This document shows positions 62,758 to 64,000 of a DNA stretch of 64,000 nucleotides, one piece after another. Position numbers and translations under genes: made by a program. Position 1 is the first letter of the stretch; each line of letters begins with the position of its first letter. The notes beneath the pieces are model-generated. The model saw only the letters and a program-made list of their open reading frames with translations. It did no database searches and had not been told where the DNA came from. The DNA is from Nitrospirales bacterium (GTDB lineage Bacteria; Nitrospirota; Nitrospiria; Nitrospirales; UBA8639): NCBI GenBank assembly GCA_963555755.3, contig OY820905.2, positions 1,184,001-1,248,000 of the forward strand, read 5' to 3'.

Positions 62758-64000
62758 ATGGGGCTTTCGATTGACAAGGAAGAATTTGAGGAACAGGATT
62801 TCGTAGACTTCGCGGATCGCCTGCAACAAAGCCTTACCATTTTGCGCGAACTACTCAGCCGTCCTGGATTTGGAGAGGGGCCCCTCACACTCGGCGCAGA
62901 GCTCGAACTTTCCATCATCGATAAAGCGGGCCTGGCATTTCCGATCAACCGATCCCTTCTCGCCCAGAGCGCGGACTCGTCACTCCAACTCGAACTCAAT
63001 CGCTTCAATATCGAATATAATGCCACTCCCGTTCCCTTAATTGGATCACCGTTTACCGCACTGCACACCCAACTCACGGGTGCCTTACAACACATCAATG
63101 GTCTGGCCGCGGCTCAAGGCGGACGTGTCGTACCCATCGGCATTCTTCCCACGCTCAGCGAAGCCGATCTCCAATCCCAAGCCTTAACCGATCTCCCGCG
63201 CTATCGCGCCCTCTCATGGGCTCTTCGCCATCAACGACATACCCCATTTCGGGTATGTATTGACGGCAAGGAACCGCTCACCATGACCTGTAACGATGTG
63301 ACGATGGAAGGAGCCAACACGTCGTTTCAATTACATCTTCGCGTGCCGCCTCATGAGTTTGCCCATCTGTACAATATGGCTCAATTGGTCACCCCCATTG
63401 CCGTTGCAGTCTCCGCCAATTCGCCAATCTTTGTTGGCCATCAATTATGGGATGAAACCCGCATTGCCTTATTTAAACAAGCCATTGATGATCGACCTCC
63501 TCACGAAAAGAACTGGAATCAGCCGGCTCGTGTGTCATATGGGAATGGATGGGTCCGCGAAGGGGCATATGAATTATTCGCAGAAGCCGTCGGCCTCTTC
63601 CCTCCTCTGATGCCTCTGAGCAGCGACCGGCCACCCATGGAATGCCATCGACGTGGCGAACTTCCTCCATTGGAAGAACTCCGCCTCCACCAAAGCACGG
63701 TGTGGCGATGGAACCGCGCCATCTATGATCCGGCCATGGGGGGACACCTTCGTATTGAGCTTCGGGCATTGCCATCAGGCCCTACCTCTATTGATATGGT
63801 TGCCAACGCCGCGTTTTTGATTGGCATGACCTTAGGGCTTCGCGCACAGGCGCAACACCTGCTTCCGATTTTTCCCTTTGATTATACGCATCGAAATTTT
63901 TATCGAGCGGCACAGGCGGGGATGGACGCCCAGCTCCTCTGGCCCTCTGACACCCCACCCTCTCCCCGCGAAATGCCCTTGCGTGATCTTGCCAGGACCA
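62758..64000 (+). CDS. Glutamate--cysteine ligase family (GCS2-like) protein, truncated by window edge
   Basis: Manual translation MGLSIDKEEF...GAELELSII...ELNRFNIEYN...EGANTSFQLHL...WDETRIALF...WRWNRAIY..HLRIELRALPSGPT. Confidence 0.85.
   Translation, partial: MGLSIDKEEFEEQDFVDFADRLQQSLTILRELLSRPGFGEGPLTLGAELELSIIDKAGLAFPINRSLLAQSADSSLQLELNRFNIEYNATPVPLIGSPFTALHTQLTGALQHINGLAAAQGGRVVPIGILPTLSEADLQSQALTDLPRYRALSWALRHQRHTPFRVCIDGKEPLTMTCNDVTMEGANTSFQLHLRVPPHEFAHLYNMAQLVTPIAVAVSANSPIFVGHQLWDETRIALFKQAIDDRPPHEKNWNQPARVSYGNGWVREGAYELFAEAVGLFPPLMPLSSDRPPMECHRRGELPPLEELRLHQSTVWRWNRAIYDPAMGGHLRIELRALPSGPTSIDMVANAAFLIGMTLGLRAQAQHLLPIFPFDYTHRNFYRAAQAGMDAQLLWPSDTPPSPREMPLRDLART

Overview
Bacterial chromosomal window, probably Nitrospirota/Nitrospirales; this is inferred from the gene orders recO-mgtE-era and gatC-panD-gatA-DUF948-YtxH-gatB and from a nuoA-B-CD-E-F-G-H-I-J-K-L-M-N operon with fused NuoCD. 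The backbone is housekeeping: complex I, GatCAB, enolase, Pit/DUF47, coaD/rsmD, radC, a GAF/PAS kinase with a NarL-type regulator, and a GCS2 ligase. Accessory content includes two toxin-antitoxin pairs, a secreted subtilase plus HExxH protein pair, an IS1380, and an IS630 that splits a membrane hydrolase gene. The most striking signal is non-coding: about 22 full copies plus fragments of 120-180 bp palindromic elements in at least 8 end families (A-H), mostly flanked by TNA trinucleotides and often at stop codons. They nest and stack in tandem (61.8-62.7 kb). Their arms co-vary copy by copy, and five families with different termini share one strand-specific structured core (NNCAAGG...ACGCCGNN with GA-rich internal loops). 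Separately, the last 171 nt of nuoN are duplicated with 20 purely synonymous changes around an MNT-HepT toxin-antitoxin module. No rRNA, tRNA or CRISPR array was seen.
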